Shown here piece after piece: positions 43,988 to 54,392 of a stretch of 64,000 bases of DNA. Every line of letters begins with the position of its first letter. The first letter of the stretch is position 1. The DNA is from a virus, in the IMG/VR virus record IMGVR_UViG_3300045988_173816, positions 160,001 through 224,000 of that record; one strand, 5' to 3'. The notes below the pieces were generated by a model, which saw only the letters and a program-made list of their open reading frames with translations, made no database searches and was not told the origin of the DNA. The position numbers and the translations under genes were made by a program.

Positions 43988-44893
43988 ATGAATATTTCAA
44001 AATTTGCAAGAGGTGGTTTAGCTACCTTATTAGCTTCTGCAACTTTATTGGGTGCAGGTTATGTTTCAGAGGTTAGTGGTATCACTAACTTCACACAAGC
44101 AACTGAGGTTCAAGCTTTAGGTGGTGCAGGTAACTTTGACTCTAATTCTGAGTCTATGGAGCGCTTGCAAGATAAAGTGTATAGCGAAGTTGCTGATAAC
44201 ACTTATCGTACAACTACGGGTGATGGTATTTCTGGTTCTAAGGTTTATAATCAGAAAGGTGAAGTCACAAGTACCTTCGATAAGTTAACTGAGGGTGACA
44301 AGAATAAAGTTATTCAAGACATCAACAGGGCAGTTAAGAAAGCAGCTGATAAAGATGCTGCTGCGATTGAGTCTGGTGATACAGTGCAAAATGCTGTAAC
44401 TGAAGGAACTGTAAATCGTTTTTGGAAAGACATGAAAGAAGTTCGTAGTTCTACCGCTGGTTATTTGATTTCAGTAGTTACTGCTGACGTTGCACCAGAC
44501 TGGGCAGGAGCTTCAAACTTCCTATCTCCATTCTACCCATTCTTTAACACTGCTATTGCGGTATTCTTGATTTTGGCTTCATTCTCATTCTTCTTCCACC
44601 TTGCAGTGGCAATCTTCTATTTTATGACTCCTTCATTCCAATACTTTGTTAAAGGTTCTGAGGGAACTAAAGGTGGTTTCCATGGTTATGTAGCTAGTAT
44701 TATTCCAAAACAAGCTGTTTTGGCTAATGATCAGGCTATGGATAAAGGTGGTAATCCTCTCCTTATTTACATTGGTAAAACATGGATTATGATGTTAGCG
44801 TATGCTTTAATTTTGGTCTTCTTTGCAACGAACTCTATGTTAGTTCTAGTCGGCCCGATTTCATCATTATTCACTTCATTGGTGGGGCTTTAA
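43988..44893 (+). CDS. T4SS-associated membrane protein (signal peptide plus C-terminal TM bundle)
   Basis: Signal ..LLASATLLGAGYV, a soluble domain of about 150 aa, then 4 hydrophobic segments. First gene of the transfer block. Confidence 0.8.
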   Translation: MNISKFARGGLATLLASATLLGAGYVSEVSGITNFTQATEVQALGGAGNFDSNSESMERLQDKVYSEVADNTYRTTTGDGISGSKVYNQKGEVTSTFDKLTEGDKNKVIQDINRAVKKAADKDAAAIESGDTVQNAVTEGTVNRFWKDMKEVRSSTAGYLISVVTADVAPDWAGASNFLSPFYPFFNTAIAVFLILASFSFFFHLAVAIFYFMTPSFQYFVKGSEGTKGGFHGYVASIIPKQAVLANDQAMDKGGNPLLIYIGKTWIMMLAYALILVFFATNSMLVLVGPISSLFTSLVGL

Positions 44894-44915
44894 TTTAAGA
44901 TAGAGAGGTTCTAGG

Positions 44916-45788
44916 ATGGCTCAGTTAAAATTCGTTAGAGTTTTACAAGTGCTATTGTTATCTTTCTTACTAACTTTTAGTGTTGGGGGTTTGTTAACTT
45001 CTGAACACGGACTTGTAGAGAGGGTTCAAGCTAGAGCGAAGTTTGACCCTACTACAGTTTCAGAGAATAGTTTACCTTTTGTCATTGTAGACAGTGAGTC
45101 AGGGGTATCCTCAGTTGTGGACAATATTAACAATGAGATTCGAGTTCAATTATCAGTTCGTTCTGATTTAGTTTCGGATGGTTGGAAGTTTGTTTATTAC
45201 AATGAGGGTAAAAAGAGAGTTTCTATTGATAGAAAGAACTTTTTAGAATACCCTATGAACACGAGACAAAAGATTATGAATATAGCATTAAGTAATTTGA
45301 AAGAGGAACGCTCAGGTGGCTTATCTGCTAGAGATCGTGCACGTCTTTACAAGTTTGTAGAGGATCAAGATAAGAACATTTCTAGTGTCTTGCAAGCAGT
45401 GAATACTGATGTAACGGCTGATATTAACGAAGCTAGAAATATTTTGAAATTCTTTACAACACCAGTAGGTACAGGTTTGGGTATTTTAACGATTCTAATT
45501 TGTGCGACTGTTGGTATTTCTATGGCGATGGATGTCTTTGCTATGATGACTCCTATGTTGATGTACCACTTTATGAAGAAGGGTGATAAACGCCCAATGT
45601 TAATTTCACCAGAAGCTTGGTACTCTTACAAGGATGGTTTATCTAAAGGTGCTCATTCAAATTATATGCTAACCTACCTTGCTAGGTCTATTCCTAAGTT
45701 AGTGGTAACAGGTGCATGTTTAGCCTACATTATGGTTGGTAATACAGTGGCTCTTGCGATTTTCTTTGCCAATCTATTTAACCGATGA
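44916..45788 (+). CDS. T4SS-associated membrane protein
   Basis: Signal or TM (VLQVLLLSFLLTFSVGGLL), soluble domain, C-terminal TMs. Same architecture as 43988-44893. Confidence 0.8.
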   Translation: MAQLKFVRVLQVLLLSFLLTFSVGGLLTSEHGLVERVQARAKFDPTTVSENSLPFVIVDSESGVSSVVDNINNEIRVQLSVRSDLVSDGWKFVYYNEGKKRVSIDRKNFLEYPMNTRQKIMNIALSNLKEERSGGLSARDRARLYKFVEDQDKNISSVLQAVNTDVTADINEARNILKFFTTPVGTGLGILTILICATVGISMAMDVFAMMTPMLMYHFMKKGDKRPMLISPEAWYSYKDGLSKGAHSNYMLTYLARSIPKLVVTGACLAYIMVGNTVALAIFFANLFNR

Positions 45789-45841
45789 GGTACCTAGGGT
45801 ATCTATCTGTTTTGTAGGTAGCTCACACGTAAGTAGAAGAG

Positions 45842-45879
45842 CCTTAGTGTTGATTTGAGGACACTAAGGTTTCTTTTTT
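45842..45879 (+). terminator. intrinsic terminator (possibly an attenuator within the transfer block)
   Basis: CCTTAGTGT / ACACTAAGG stem, 10-nt loop, TTTCTTTTTT. Confidence 0.75.
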
Positions 45880-45901
45880 AGAGAAAGGGTTTTTTTAATT
45901 C

Positions 45902-48900
45902 ATGTTTAAACCTAATAAGATTAAAGATATGAGTAAGTTTTCACGTTTGTGGGGTTCGTTGCGTGAAGATTCGATTTTGCTCTTTGGAGGAAAATCGTTA
46001 AATAAAGAAAAATCAACGAGTCCTTATATTCCGATGACTTTAGAGCAAGTTGCAATAGAAAATCGAAGAACTAAGGTGCGTAGAGGGTTTACTAGGTTTG
46101 TAGCTTTAGGTTCGGTATCCCTTTTATTGGGTTCTATTTCTTTGCAAGTAGGCAGTTCTGTTTTAGGATTAAAAGCAGATTATACGGTTGCTCACGCTGA
46201 TAATGCTCAAGGTAAGAAGAGTTCTGCTATGGAACGCTCTATTGACCAATTGAAGATTGCAGCAGGTGAAGCTGATGGTTCTTTATCGAGTGGTGCAAAA
46301 GCTTTGTCTCCTTCTGAGGTTAAGACCGTTGGGTTCTTTGTTTCTAACTGGTATTCTCCTTTTGTAACACAGGTTAAGACAAGCACAGGTGGTGTTGTTG
46401 GTGATTATCAATCAGATATTCAAAAACTGCTTACAACACATGCAGGTTTAGCTGAGGATCCAGCTGGTGAATTAGCGAAGATGGTTGCAGAAGTGGGAGC
46501 TAAGACAACTGAGAAGTTGTATTTGGCTAAGTCCGATGATGGTGGTCAAACGTGGACTGCTCTAAGTGAAGAAGCAACATATTATGAAGTATTATTGGGT
46601 TCAGTTGGTATTTTTCCAGAGTCTTTATTTACCACAGATGATGAGATCTCCTTGAAGAAGCGGTATCAGTATGATGAGAGCAAAGGCACAATCTTAGGGT
46701 TGGTTCGTGAAGCTTTAAAAGATGAGAAGTCCATTCAAAGACAATCTGTTGTTTATGAGTGGAACCCAAACCCAAGTAAAGAGCCGACAATTGCTCAAGC
46801 TACATTCTATACGAACTTTTCTTCGGTAGATAGTTCTAAATCTTGGGGTTCTACGGTATTGTCTTTAGACGGTCAAGACCCTTTGATTGCTAAGTGGTTT
46901 AAAGAACAACCATCAGATTTAACTGAACGTTTAAACGGTTATTTAAATGGTTTTATGGGTTCTGACGGTAAGTACACAAGTGTAGATAGTAGTTCAGGCT
47001 CCTTGAAAGGTTTTTATGATCGTTCTATTTATTCGGCTTCTATGTATGTGGATGGTTTCGGTAACTTAATTTCTGATACAGGTGCGAATAGCTTAGCTAG
47101 TTATGTCATTATGCCAGCTTCTCAAAACCCTATGATGTATGCTAGAAAGGTTACTGGAAATTCTTCATCTTCTGACTCTTCTAGTGATAAAGACAAGTCT
47201 AAGGATAAAGGGAAGGATAAAGAGACTTCTAACAGTAAAGAGAAATCTAAGACTTCTGAGACTGGTGTAGATGCTAAGATGTCTGCTATTTATAACGCTA
47301 AAGAGACTGGTGTAGGTCGTTCTATCGCTTCAAATAACTTGAACTCTGTTGCTTTGAATAAAGGTAAAGGGTATTTGAAAGTTGATGGAGAAAACGCTAC
47401 TCTTGGGGGTTCAGTAGATAAGAGCTTGACTTTTTACTCTGCTTTGACATCAGGTGAGAACTTAACTCATGATAGTGCAGATACAACAAAATTGATTTTC
47501 GGTATCTTCCCAGTTAACGTTTCTGACTTAGGTTCTGTGGTTGCAAGCTCATTGTATACACAGTGGTTGATTCGTAACGGTAACGAAAGTGAGACTTACA
47601 AAGGAGACGCAGGTAAGATTTTCGAGAATAAATCAGGGGGTTGGAACTATGGTGCTCCTTACTCTGAGATTCGTTCAGGTTCAGGTGATTTAGGGTTACC
47701 CCAAGGGAAACCTAAAGACTCTTACTATGTCTTTGGTGGAGGTGGTTCTGCCTTCGACTTATTAGCACATGCTAAAGGTGCTGATTCTTGGTCTGTATTC
47801 ACTTCTAAAGCTTTTTCAGATGATGTGTACAAGTGGAAGTCTAGTATGAGTGTCACTAAGCCAGTCATTGATGATATGATTACCTTCGATAGTGAGGGGT
47901 ATGGTTCAGGTAATTCTAAGTTTAAAAAACTTGGAGATAATGGTACTTTGCTTATAGGTAAAGCACAAGAGATTGAACTTCAATCTTCTCGCTTAGATGG
48001 CGGTGGGTATTGGAGAGGTCAAGGTTTAGCAGGTGGTTTGGTAGATACTGCAGGTGACGCTCCTAAAGACACTTCTGATAAGAAATACGCTGCGAATTTA
48101 TATGCTTCTACGGTGTTGGTTCGTGCAAACCCTTTGAATAAGGATATTCCTTACGTTATTAACTTAGATAATTCTTCTGTTATTGATGAAGATGCTTTGA
48201 AGTCTGCTTCTGATGGTGATGAGGAAGATTTAGACCATGTATTAAAGAATATGGCTTACTTTATGTTGAACCCAACTAAAGGTCGCGAGTATAAACAACG
48301 TTGGTCTAAGACCTTTATGAACCAAGCTTTATTGAGTTCATTAGAAGATATGATTGGTGCAAACACGGCTTCAAGTTATTCAGGTACAACTCGTTATTTG
48401 GAGTTGACAGGTTTTGCAACTATTCCAAGAATGAACGAGATTAAGTTTACAGACTACTTGTACTCTAAGTTTGCTTCTTGGGGTGTTACGATTTTAATTG
48501 TAGCTTCATTCTTGATGTTGATTTTCTTGTTTGTAGGTCAAATTCGAGTAGTACCGGCAGTTTTATCTATCTTAGCCTTTGGGTATCTGTTGTACAGCCC
48601 ACCTAAGATGATTGATGCTTCAACTCATTTGAGTAATCAGATTACTTCTTATTTCTTTAAGGATAAGTTCTTATTCTGGGTGATGGCGACACACCAAAAC
48701 TATTCAGATTCCGTAGCTCAGTTACAAAAAGCAGCAGAAGCTGGAAACTATGATAACTACACTGCTTTGCTAGTGAAACTACAAGGTGGTTGGGGTGGTT
48801 CTGAAAACGAAGGTGAAACTGATGTGTATGAGTGGCAACAAACCCTTGGTGCATCGGTTAAAGTTCGTTGGATGGCTCCTAAGAAGGATGGCTATATTCA

Positions 48901-49003
48901 ACAAGTGAAACGTGACTTGAAACAAGTAACCTCTGAGTCTGAGGACAAAGCGAACAAAGATAAAGAAGCAGATAAGTCTGCTGAGACTAAACAAGGAGAG
49001 TAG
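45902..49003 (+). CDS. giant (1033 aa) membrane-anchored T4SS protein
   Basis: N-terminal TM (about aa 65-85), an extracytoplasmic region of about 750 aa with an S/D/K-rich linker, C-terminal TM pair (WGVTILIVASFLMLIFLFVG..VPAVLSILAFGYLLY). Confidence 0.85.
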   Translation: MFKPNKIKDMSKFSRLWGSLREDSILLFGGKSLNKEKSTSPYIPMTLEQVAIENRRTKVRRGFTRFVALGSVSLLLGSISLQVGSSVLGLKADYTVAHADNAQGKKSSAMERSIDQLKIAAGEADGSLSSGAKALSPSEVKTVGFFVSNWYSPFVTQVKTSTGGVVGDYQSDIQKLLTTHAGLAEDPAGELAKMVAEVGAKTTEKLYLAKSDDGGQTWTALSEEATYYEVLLGSVGIFPESLFTTDDEISLKKRYQYDESKGTILGLVREALKDEKSIQRQSVVYEWNPNPSKEPTIAQATFYTNFSSVDSSKSWGSTVLSLDGQDPLIAKWFKEQPSDLTERLNGYLNGFMGSDGKYTSVDSSSGSLKGFYDRSIYSASMYVDGFGNLISDTGANSLASYVIMPASQNPMMYARKVTGNSSSSDSSSDKDKSKDKGKDKETSNSKEKSKTSETGVDAKMSAIYNAKETGVGRSIASNNLNSVALNKGKGYLKVDGENATLGGSVDKSLTFYSALTSGENLTHDSADTTKLIFGIFPVNVSDLGSVVASSLYTQWLIRNGNESETYKGDAGKIFENKSGGWNYGAPYSEIRSGSGDLGLPQGKPKDSYYVFGGGGSAFDLLAHAKGADSWSVFTSKAFSDDVYKWKSSMSVTKPVIDDMITFDSEGYGSGNSKFKKLGDNGTLLIGKAQEIELQSSRLDGGGYWRGQGLAGGLVDTAGDAPKDTSDKKYAANLYASTVLVRANPLNKDIPYVINLDNSSVIDEDALKSASDGDEEDLDHVLKNMAYFMLNPTKGREYKQRWSKTFMNQALLSSLEDMIGANTASSYSGTTRYLELTGFATIPRMNEIKFTDYLYSKFASWGVTILIVASFLMLIFLFVGQIRVVPAVLSILAFGYLLYSPPKMIDASTHLSNQITSYFFKDKFLFWVMATHQNYSDSVAQLQKAAEAGNYDNYTALLVKLQGGWGGSENEGETDVYEWQQTLGASVKVRWMAPKKDGYIQQVKRDLKQVTSESEDKANKDKEADKSAETKQGE

Positions 49004-49019
49004 AAAGGGGTTTAGCTAA

Positions 49020-51539
49020 ATGGAAACAACAAAGTTAAAACGATGGACTTTAGCAGGGGTATCATTAGTTACCCTTCTTTCTCCTAGTTTTTTATCAAGT
49101 GTAAGTGTCTTTGCACCTAGTATTGTTCATGCAGAGGAGGGTAAAGATAAAGAGAAAGATAAAGAGAAGGATAAGGATAAAGACAAAAAGTCTGATAAAG
49201 GTGAGAAGAGAAAAGACAATGCTCCGGGTGGTAAAAACTTAATTGACTCTCCTTTGACTTCTGCTTTGCTTGCAAATGGTCTTTCAAATGAGGATTATAC
49301 AGGGTTAGATACTAACTATCTTTACCGAGGGTATCCAGATATTGCAGACTATTCTCGAATTTACTACGGAAATATTATGGGTGATAATATTTCGACAAAT
49401 GGAGCCATTGTATTTAATATTGGCTCTTGGTCTGAGGGTCTTGCAACTATGTTCCCTAAGGTAGATAAGGTTAAAAACGTATCTACAAATGTTTCACCGT
49501 CTGATATTCGTTCTTCTATGCAAGATTATTTGAGTTTAGAGAAGTCTGAGAATGTAAGTCATCAAACTCTGTTACAAAGGTCTAAGTTAGGCTTTATAAA
49601 TGACCGTAAAGGTACATCTTCAACAGGCGCAGTTGACCAAAAGACTATGAAGCGTATATTCGCTCCTATTTCTTCAAATACGGTAGCAAAAGCTTCAACA
49701 CAAGATTTGAGCCAAGTTAAAGTAGGTGATGAAGTAGGGTTGAATGAAGATTACTTCATTCTTTCTAAGCGAAACTTCAACAACCATAAAGAGACTTTAC
49801 AAGACCAAATGGCTAAAGCTAATAAGTCCACAACAGGAACGGCAATACCACAAGAGGATGCGGTATCCTTATCTGCATTTGCTTTGTATACTGAGTCTCC
49901 GTTCTATTACCTCTCTTGGGGGTTGTATGATAATGGGTTGAGTACCAAAGCAGGTTCAAGTGGTGAGTTTAAGAAAATGTTGTTAGAGAAAAACGATGCT
50001 TTCTTTTACAATTACCAAATTGAAGCTGGAAAACCAGGTTATGGAGCTATGAAAGACTTCCTTGATTTTGGTTCTTTGTTCACAGTGATTATTCCTTATT
50101 TACGGGAGTCTAATAAGACTTTGTTACAATGGAGTGATACTTATGGAACTAAACCTTATGAGGGTTATGGAACTAAGCGTTCAGACTTAGATACGATTAC
50201 AGATAAAGAGTCTGAGGCTTATTATAAGACTTGGTTTAACTACTCGTCAGATAATGCGTATAGAACTTATACTGCTTGGGTTGACTACTTGTATGAGTTG
50301 GATATTGCAAGACCAGAGACTATTGAGTACGCAGGTCAGAAACAAACTGTTGTAGAGCCTATGAATCCGGCATCTTATACCATTCGTCCAATGGTTTTCT
50401 CTGAAAGTGAAATGTTGTATTATGGTTTGAAAGAATCTGATTTAACTCAAGTAGAGAAGAAAATTCAAGAGGTTTCAAAAGAGGTTCGTAATGATTGGTT
50501 AAACGTTATGAACTATTACACTCTTGATGATGTGGTTTTAAATACTGCGAGTTCTATGATTGCGACATTCGATTTCAACCGTATCTTCTCACAAAGTGGG
50601 TTTAACCAAAAACAAGTAGTATTTGAACCACAAGGGTTTGAGTTGAAGGCTTTTGGTTGGGATGCTTTCCTTCGTATGATTTTGCAAAATGCGACAGGTG
50701 AGAGTTTGGTTTATAACCAAACCTTGAAATCCGATATTTATGAGATTGTAGCTGAGAAAGACGGGTTTGTCACACTTTTTATGATGTGGTTTAACTCCTT
50801 CGTAGTTGTTTATTTGGTTCCAGCCTTGTTGATTTTAATATTGTGTTGCTTACCGATTGCTATGATGTTGTCTGTATTTGCTTCCTTCATTCGTCAAGAT
50901 AAGACTATGCTTAAAGCTTTTGCAACTGAGTGTATGATGCCTTTCCTAACGGTGTTGATTGTGAACATTATGTTAGCCTTTACGGTATCCATTCTTATGG
51001 GTGACGGTGGTTATCAGTTGGTTACAGGTAGCTTAGGTGAGAGTCAGTCTTTCAATTCTCCTAGGTCAACTATGGTTGTTCTAATATTTGTAACTACGGT
51101 TGCTTGTGGTATGTATTGGTACGCTGTGTTAAATTTATTTAAAGGTTTATATCGAAACGCTCGCGTTGTTGCAATTCCACTTAAAGCAGGGGTTCAAATG
51201 GCTGCAAGTATGGTTGTTGGTAACTTTGATAAGGCTAAAGCTATTTTAGACGGTTCTGCAAGTCAAGGTGGTGGTTCTACTTCTGGTCGATTTAGAGATA
51301 CAAATCCTACTGGTGGAAATAGAACAAGTGCTGATTATAGTAAGTCTAACTTAGGTGGTGCTAAGTTTAAACTTAAGAAGGTATTTAGGAGAAGAGGTCG
51401 CTCTATGGAACCTTCTGAAGCTTCTAAACGTGCAAATCGTGTAGCAGAAGAGACTTTAAATGATGTATTTAATAAGAAAGAGACAACGCAGTCTAAATTT
51501 GATGCGTTGGATAAAGAAATGAACAAATCCGAAGACTAG
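49020..51539 (+). CDS. polytopic T4SS channel protein (VirB6/PrgH-like by architecture)
   Basis: Signal peptide, KDKEK repeat, a large external domain of about 540 aa, then 5-6 TM segments (aa about 575-720) and a basic tail. Confidence 0.8.
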   Translation: METTKLKRWTLAGVSLVTLLSPSFLSSVSVFAPSIVHAEEGKDKEKDKEKDKDKDKKSDKGEKRKDNAPGGKNLIDSPLTSALLANGLSNEDYTGLDTNYLYRGYPDIADYSRIYYGNIMGDNISTNGAIVFNIGSWSEGLATMFPKVDKVKNVSTNVSPSDIRSSMQDYLSLEKSENVSHQTLLQRSKLGFINDRKGTSSTGAVDQKTMKRIFAPISSNTVAKASTQDLSQVKVGDEVGLNEDYFILSKRNFNNHKETLQDQMAKANKSTTGTAIPQEDAVSLSAFALYTESPFYYLSWGLYDNGLSTKAGSSGEFKKMLLEKNDAFFYNYQIEAGKPGYGAMKDFLDFGSLFTVIIPYLRESNKTLLQWSDTYGTKPYEGYGTKRSDLDTITDKESEAYYKTWFNYSSDNAYRTYTAWVDYLYELDIARPETIEYAGQKQTVVEPMNPASYTIRPMVFSESEMLYYGLKESDLTQVEKKIQEVSKEVRNDWLNVMNYYTLDDVVLNTASSMIATFDFNRIFSQSGFNQKQVVFEPQGFELKAFGWDAFLRMILQNATGESLVYNQTLKSDIYEIVAEKDGFVTLFMMWFNSFVVVYLVPALLILILCCLPIAMMLSVFASFIRQDKTMLKAFATECMMPFLTVLIVNIMLAFTVSILMGDGGYQLVTGSLGESQSFNSPRSTMVVLIFVTTVACGMYWYAVLNLFKGLYRNARVVAIPLKAGVQMAASMVVGNFDKAKAILDGSASQGGGSTSGRFRDTNPTGGNRTSADYSKSNLGGAKFKLKKVFRRRGRSMEPSEASKRANRVAEETLNDVFNKKETTQSKFDALDKEMNKSED

Positions 51540-51574
51540 TTTTCGGTCGTAGAGAGTTTTTATTTTCTGCGTAG

Positions 51575-51610
51575 GTGCAAAGTCTGGAAGAATTGGCTTT
51601 GTACTTTTTA
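51575..51610 (+). terminator. possible terminator or attenuator
   Basis: GTGCAAAG / CTTTGTAC stem (one G-T pair), 14-nt loop, TTTTT. Confidence 0.4.
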
Positions 51611-51633
51611 ACAAAATTGAAAGTTGGATAGCT

Positions 51634-53811
51634 ATGTTTATAGAGCCTATGTTGAGGTATATTCTACTTCCTTTCATCATATTGATAGCAAGTTTGTTAG
51701 TACCTTTGATTTTAAAGTTCTATCGAAAGCGAGCTAAGAAGAAGATTAAGCAGAGGAAGTCTGAGTTAAGGAATTTAAAACAAGATAGGGTATCCCTACA
51801 AAATCAAGTTAAGTCAAAAGATTTAACAGACTTTGAGAAAGAGGAAACTCAAAAAGAGTTAGCAAACACGTTAGAGGATGAAGCAAAAGCTCGATTTAAG
51901 TTGTTAACTCAAAGAGCATCTTTAGCGTTTGCGAACTTTGTAACATGGATAGCTCGCTTAGTTTCTATTCTGATGCTTACTTTTGGTTGGACATTTACGG
52001 TTGCTATGGTAGGTGCTTCAACTGCGGTTATTTATGTATCAGTTATGTCTACTGTGGATTGTAGTGCTGATGGTACTGTTAAACAACACAAACATAAAGA
52101 TGAGAATAACAAGTCTGAAAAAGGTGAGTATAAAGGTGGTGAGGGTGAACTACCTAAAGCAGAAGGTATTAAACCTCACGTTGAAGATTTCCGACAGATT
52201 ATCTATAAGAAATTTGGTATTGATGATATTGGAGGTTATCGACCCGGTGACCCACAAGACCATGGACAAGGTTTGGCTTTGGACGTTATGGTTCCTGATG
52301 GTTCTAAGTTAGGTGATGATGTTGCTCAGTTTGCTATTGATAATATGGAAGCAGCAGGTATTACCTACATTATTTGGAAACAACGCTTTTATAGGGGTGT
52401 TGATAACAAATATGGTGCAGCTAACACTTGGAACAAAATGGAAGATCGAGGTAGTAAGACTGAGAACCATTTTGACCATGTACATATTAGCTTTGGAGCT
52501 AGTAAAGGTAGTGGAGAGATTAAAGATGGAGGTAGTTCATCTAGTTCTTCAAGCTATTCTAAGAAGTCTGTGGATAGCTCCACTTATGGTTTTGGTGACT
52601 TAACCGATGAAGTTACAGGTTGGGCGAAGTCTTATAGTGGTTTCACTTTTATTGGGGACTCCCTAGGAGTTGGTGTTGAGCCTAAACTAAAAAGTTATTT
52701 CCCTAACTCAACCTTTGATAGTAAAGTTTCAAGAGCATTTGAACACTCAGACAGTACACTTAGCGGTATCGAAACTGCTAAAAAGTTAGAGTCTGAAAAG
52801 AAAGTCAAAGACATTGTAGTTATAGCATTAGGTACAAACCAAATGCCTACACCACTACTTATGGACTCTATGGTTGATGCTCTACCTAGTGCTAAGAAAA
52901 TTATTTGGGTGACTACGGCTTCACAAGGGGGTGGAGGTTCTTACAATACTGTCGAGCATGATAAGATTGCTGAAGTGATTAAGTCTTATGTAGGTAGTCG
53001 TTCAAATATGGCTTACCTAGACTGGAACCGATATGTTGAAGAGAAGTTTAATTGGTCAGAATTGACCTCAGATTCGGTTCACATGAATGATAAGGGGTAT
53101 GTCTTATACTCTAAGTTCCTTACTCGTGGTATTTATGATGTTGTTGAGGGTGGCTCAAGTGACTCTTCTGAGGATAGCTTACTTACAAAAGCTATTAAGA
53201 AGATTAAATGCAAACCGAAGCATCATCATCACGGTACTTCTACGAAGTCTAAACCTAGTGGTCTTTCTTCAACAGATGGTCAAGACAATCCACCAGCAGA
53301 TGCGTTTACTTCTTGGGCTTATCGTCCAGAAGATTTACCGGCAGGGTTGAAACCTTATATTCTTGACCCTAAAAATTACGGTATGGACTTTGGTTTACCA
53401 GGTAATGGATGGTTTCAGACTTCTAACCCTGAGTTAAATGGTCAGTGTGTCGCTTTGACTATTTCACTTGGTGATTGTGTTTGGGGTAGACCTCATGCGA
53501 ATGTTCAAGGTAATGGTATTGATCAAGCAAATGCTTGGGCGAGTATTTTTGGAAACTCTGTAACTACAACTCCAAGACGAGGTGCTATTTTCTCAAGTAA
53601 AGAACACCCTGTATATGGTCACACAGGTATTGTATGTACGGTGTTTAAAGATGGTTCAATTTTAACTTGTGAGCAAAACTTACCACTTGCAGGTTGGAAT
53701 TATCGTGGTGAGCAGTATGTTTGGTGTTTCCGTATGTATCGCGAAGAGCAGTGGAAGGCAGTTGGGATGACTTTTGCGTATGATGATACAAAAACACCGA
53801 TTTTAAAATAA
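51634..53811 (+). CDS. membrane-anchored three-domain cell-wall hydrolase (LAS-type metallopeptidase-like, SGNH esterase, CHAP)
   Basis: N-terminal TMs. GDPQDHGQGLALDV ... HFDHVHISF (H-x-D / HxH pattern of VanY/LAS peptidases). FIGDSLGVG ... DSVHMNDKGY (GDSL/SGNH blocks I and V). NGQCVALT ... YGHTGIVC (CHAP Cys/His). Confidence 0.85.
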   Translation: MFIEPMLRYILLPFIILIASLLVPLILKFYRKRAKKKIKQRKSELRNLKQDRVSLQNQVKSKDLTDFEKEETQKELANTLEDEAKARFKLLTQRASLAFANFVTWIARLVSILMLTFGWTFTVAMVGASTAVIYVSVMSTVDCSADGTVKQHKHKDENNKSEKGEYKGGEGELPKAEGIKPHVEDFRQIIYKKFGIDDIGGYRPGDPQDHGQGLALDVMVPDGSKLGDDVAQFAIDNMEAAGITYIIWKQRFYRGVDNKYGAANTWNKMEDRGSKTENHFDHVHISFGASKGSGEIKDGGSSSSSSSYSKKSVDSSTYGFGDLTDEVTGWAKSYSGFTFIGDSLGVGVEPKLKSYFPNSTFDSKVSRAFEHSDSTLSGIETAKKLESEKKVKDIVVIALGTNQMPTPLLMDSMVDALPSAKKIIWVTTASQGGGGSYNTVEHDKIAEVIKSYVGSRSNMAYLDWNRYVEEKFNWSELTSDSVHMNDKGYVLYSKFLTRGIYDVVEGGSSDSSEDSLLTKAIKKIKCKPKHHHHGTSTKSKPSGLSSTDGQDNPPADAFTSWAYRPEDLPAGLKPYILDPKNYGMDFGLPGNGWFQTSNPELNGQCVALTISLGDCVWGRPHANVQGNGIDQANAWASIFGNSVTTTPRRGAIFSSKEHPVYGHTGIVCTVFKDGSILTCEQNLPLAGWNYRGEQYVWCFRMYREEQWKAVGMTFAYDDTKTPILK

Positions 53812-53834
53812 TACAGAAAGTGGTTTAGATAGAT

Positions 53835-54392
53835 TTGAAAATGATGAAGTGGTTTATTTATATTTTAGTAAGTGTTAGTTTAGGTGGGTTAGTTGCTTTG
53901 GGTATCCTCTATTTCCGTGGTAGTTCTAATTCAGAAAGTGGGGAAACTTCTTCTACGGTTACTTCTTCTACTAAGCAAGAAGAAACTAAAGGTGTAGAAG
54001 ATAAGGTTCAGAGTAATTTGGAGGTAAATTTAGCAAGAGCACGTGGTTATTTGTCTGAAGGGTACCAAGTAGCAGAAACAAGTGGGATTAACGAACAAAG
54101 AGAGCAGTTAGAAAGTTTGTTTACAAATTTCAGAAACGGTAAAAGTGATACTCGTTTGAAAGAGGACTCCAGTGGTATCTCCTTACGCTACGCGATTGAA
54201 AAGCAAGGGTACAAGTTAAAAGGAGATAGTTTTGAAGTTTGGACAACTAAAGACTCTGATGTATATAATTTGTTGTTTATCTTGAACGAAGGTAAAAATG
54301 ATGATATGTATTTAGTCTTGTCTTATGAGAAGCAAGCAAATGTTTATCACATCTTGTATTTATATGGGGGTCGTCCAGATGTATTTGGTTAA
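53835..54392 (+). CDS. bitopic T4SS protein (VirB8/PrgL-like by architecture only)
   Basis: One N-terminal TM (WFIYILVSVSLGGLVALGILYF) plus an external domain of about 150 aa. The start is uncertain (TTG 53835 or ATG 53841). Confidence 0.7.
   Translation: MKMMKWFIYILVSVSLGGLVALGILYFRGSSNSESGETSSTVTSSTKQEETKGVEDKVQSNLEVNLARARGYLSEGYQVAETSGINEQREQLESLFTNFRNGKSDTRLKEDSSGISLRYAIEKQGYKLKGDSFEVWTTKDSDVYNLLFILNEGKNDDMYLVLSYEKQANVYHILYLYGGRPDVFG

Noticed and set aside
49141-49200. Short DNA periodicities that could be mistaken for CRISPR-like or tandem-repeat loci (KDKEK repeat at 49141-49200; S/D/K-rich stretch at 47161-47270; G/M repeat at 39340-39480; TTSSS repeat at 29190-29240)
   Set aside because: All are in-frame low-complexity coding segments of long ORFs, with no repeat-spacer organisation. 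No CRISPR array is present in the window.
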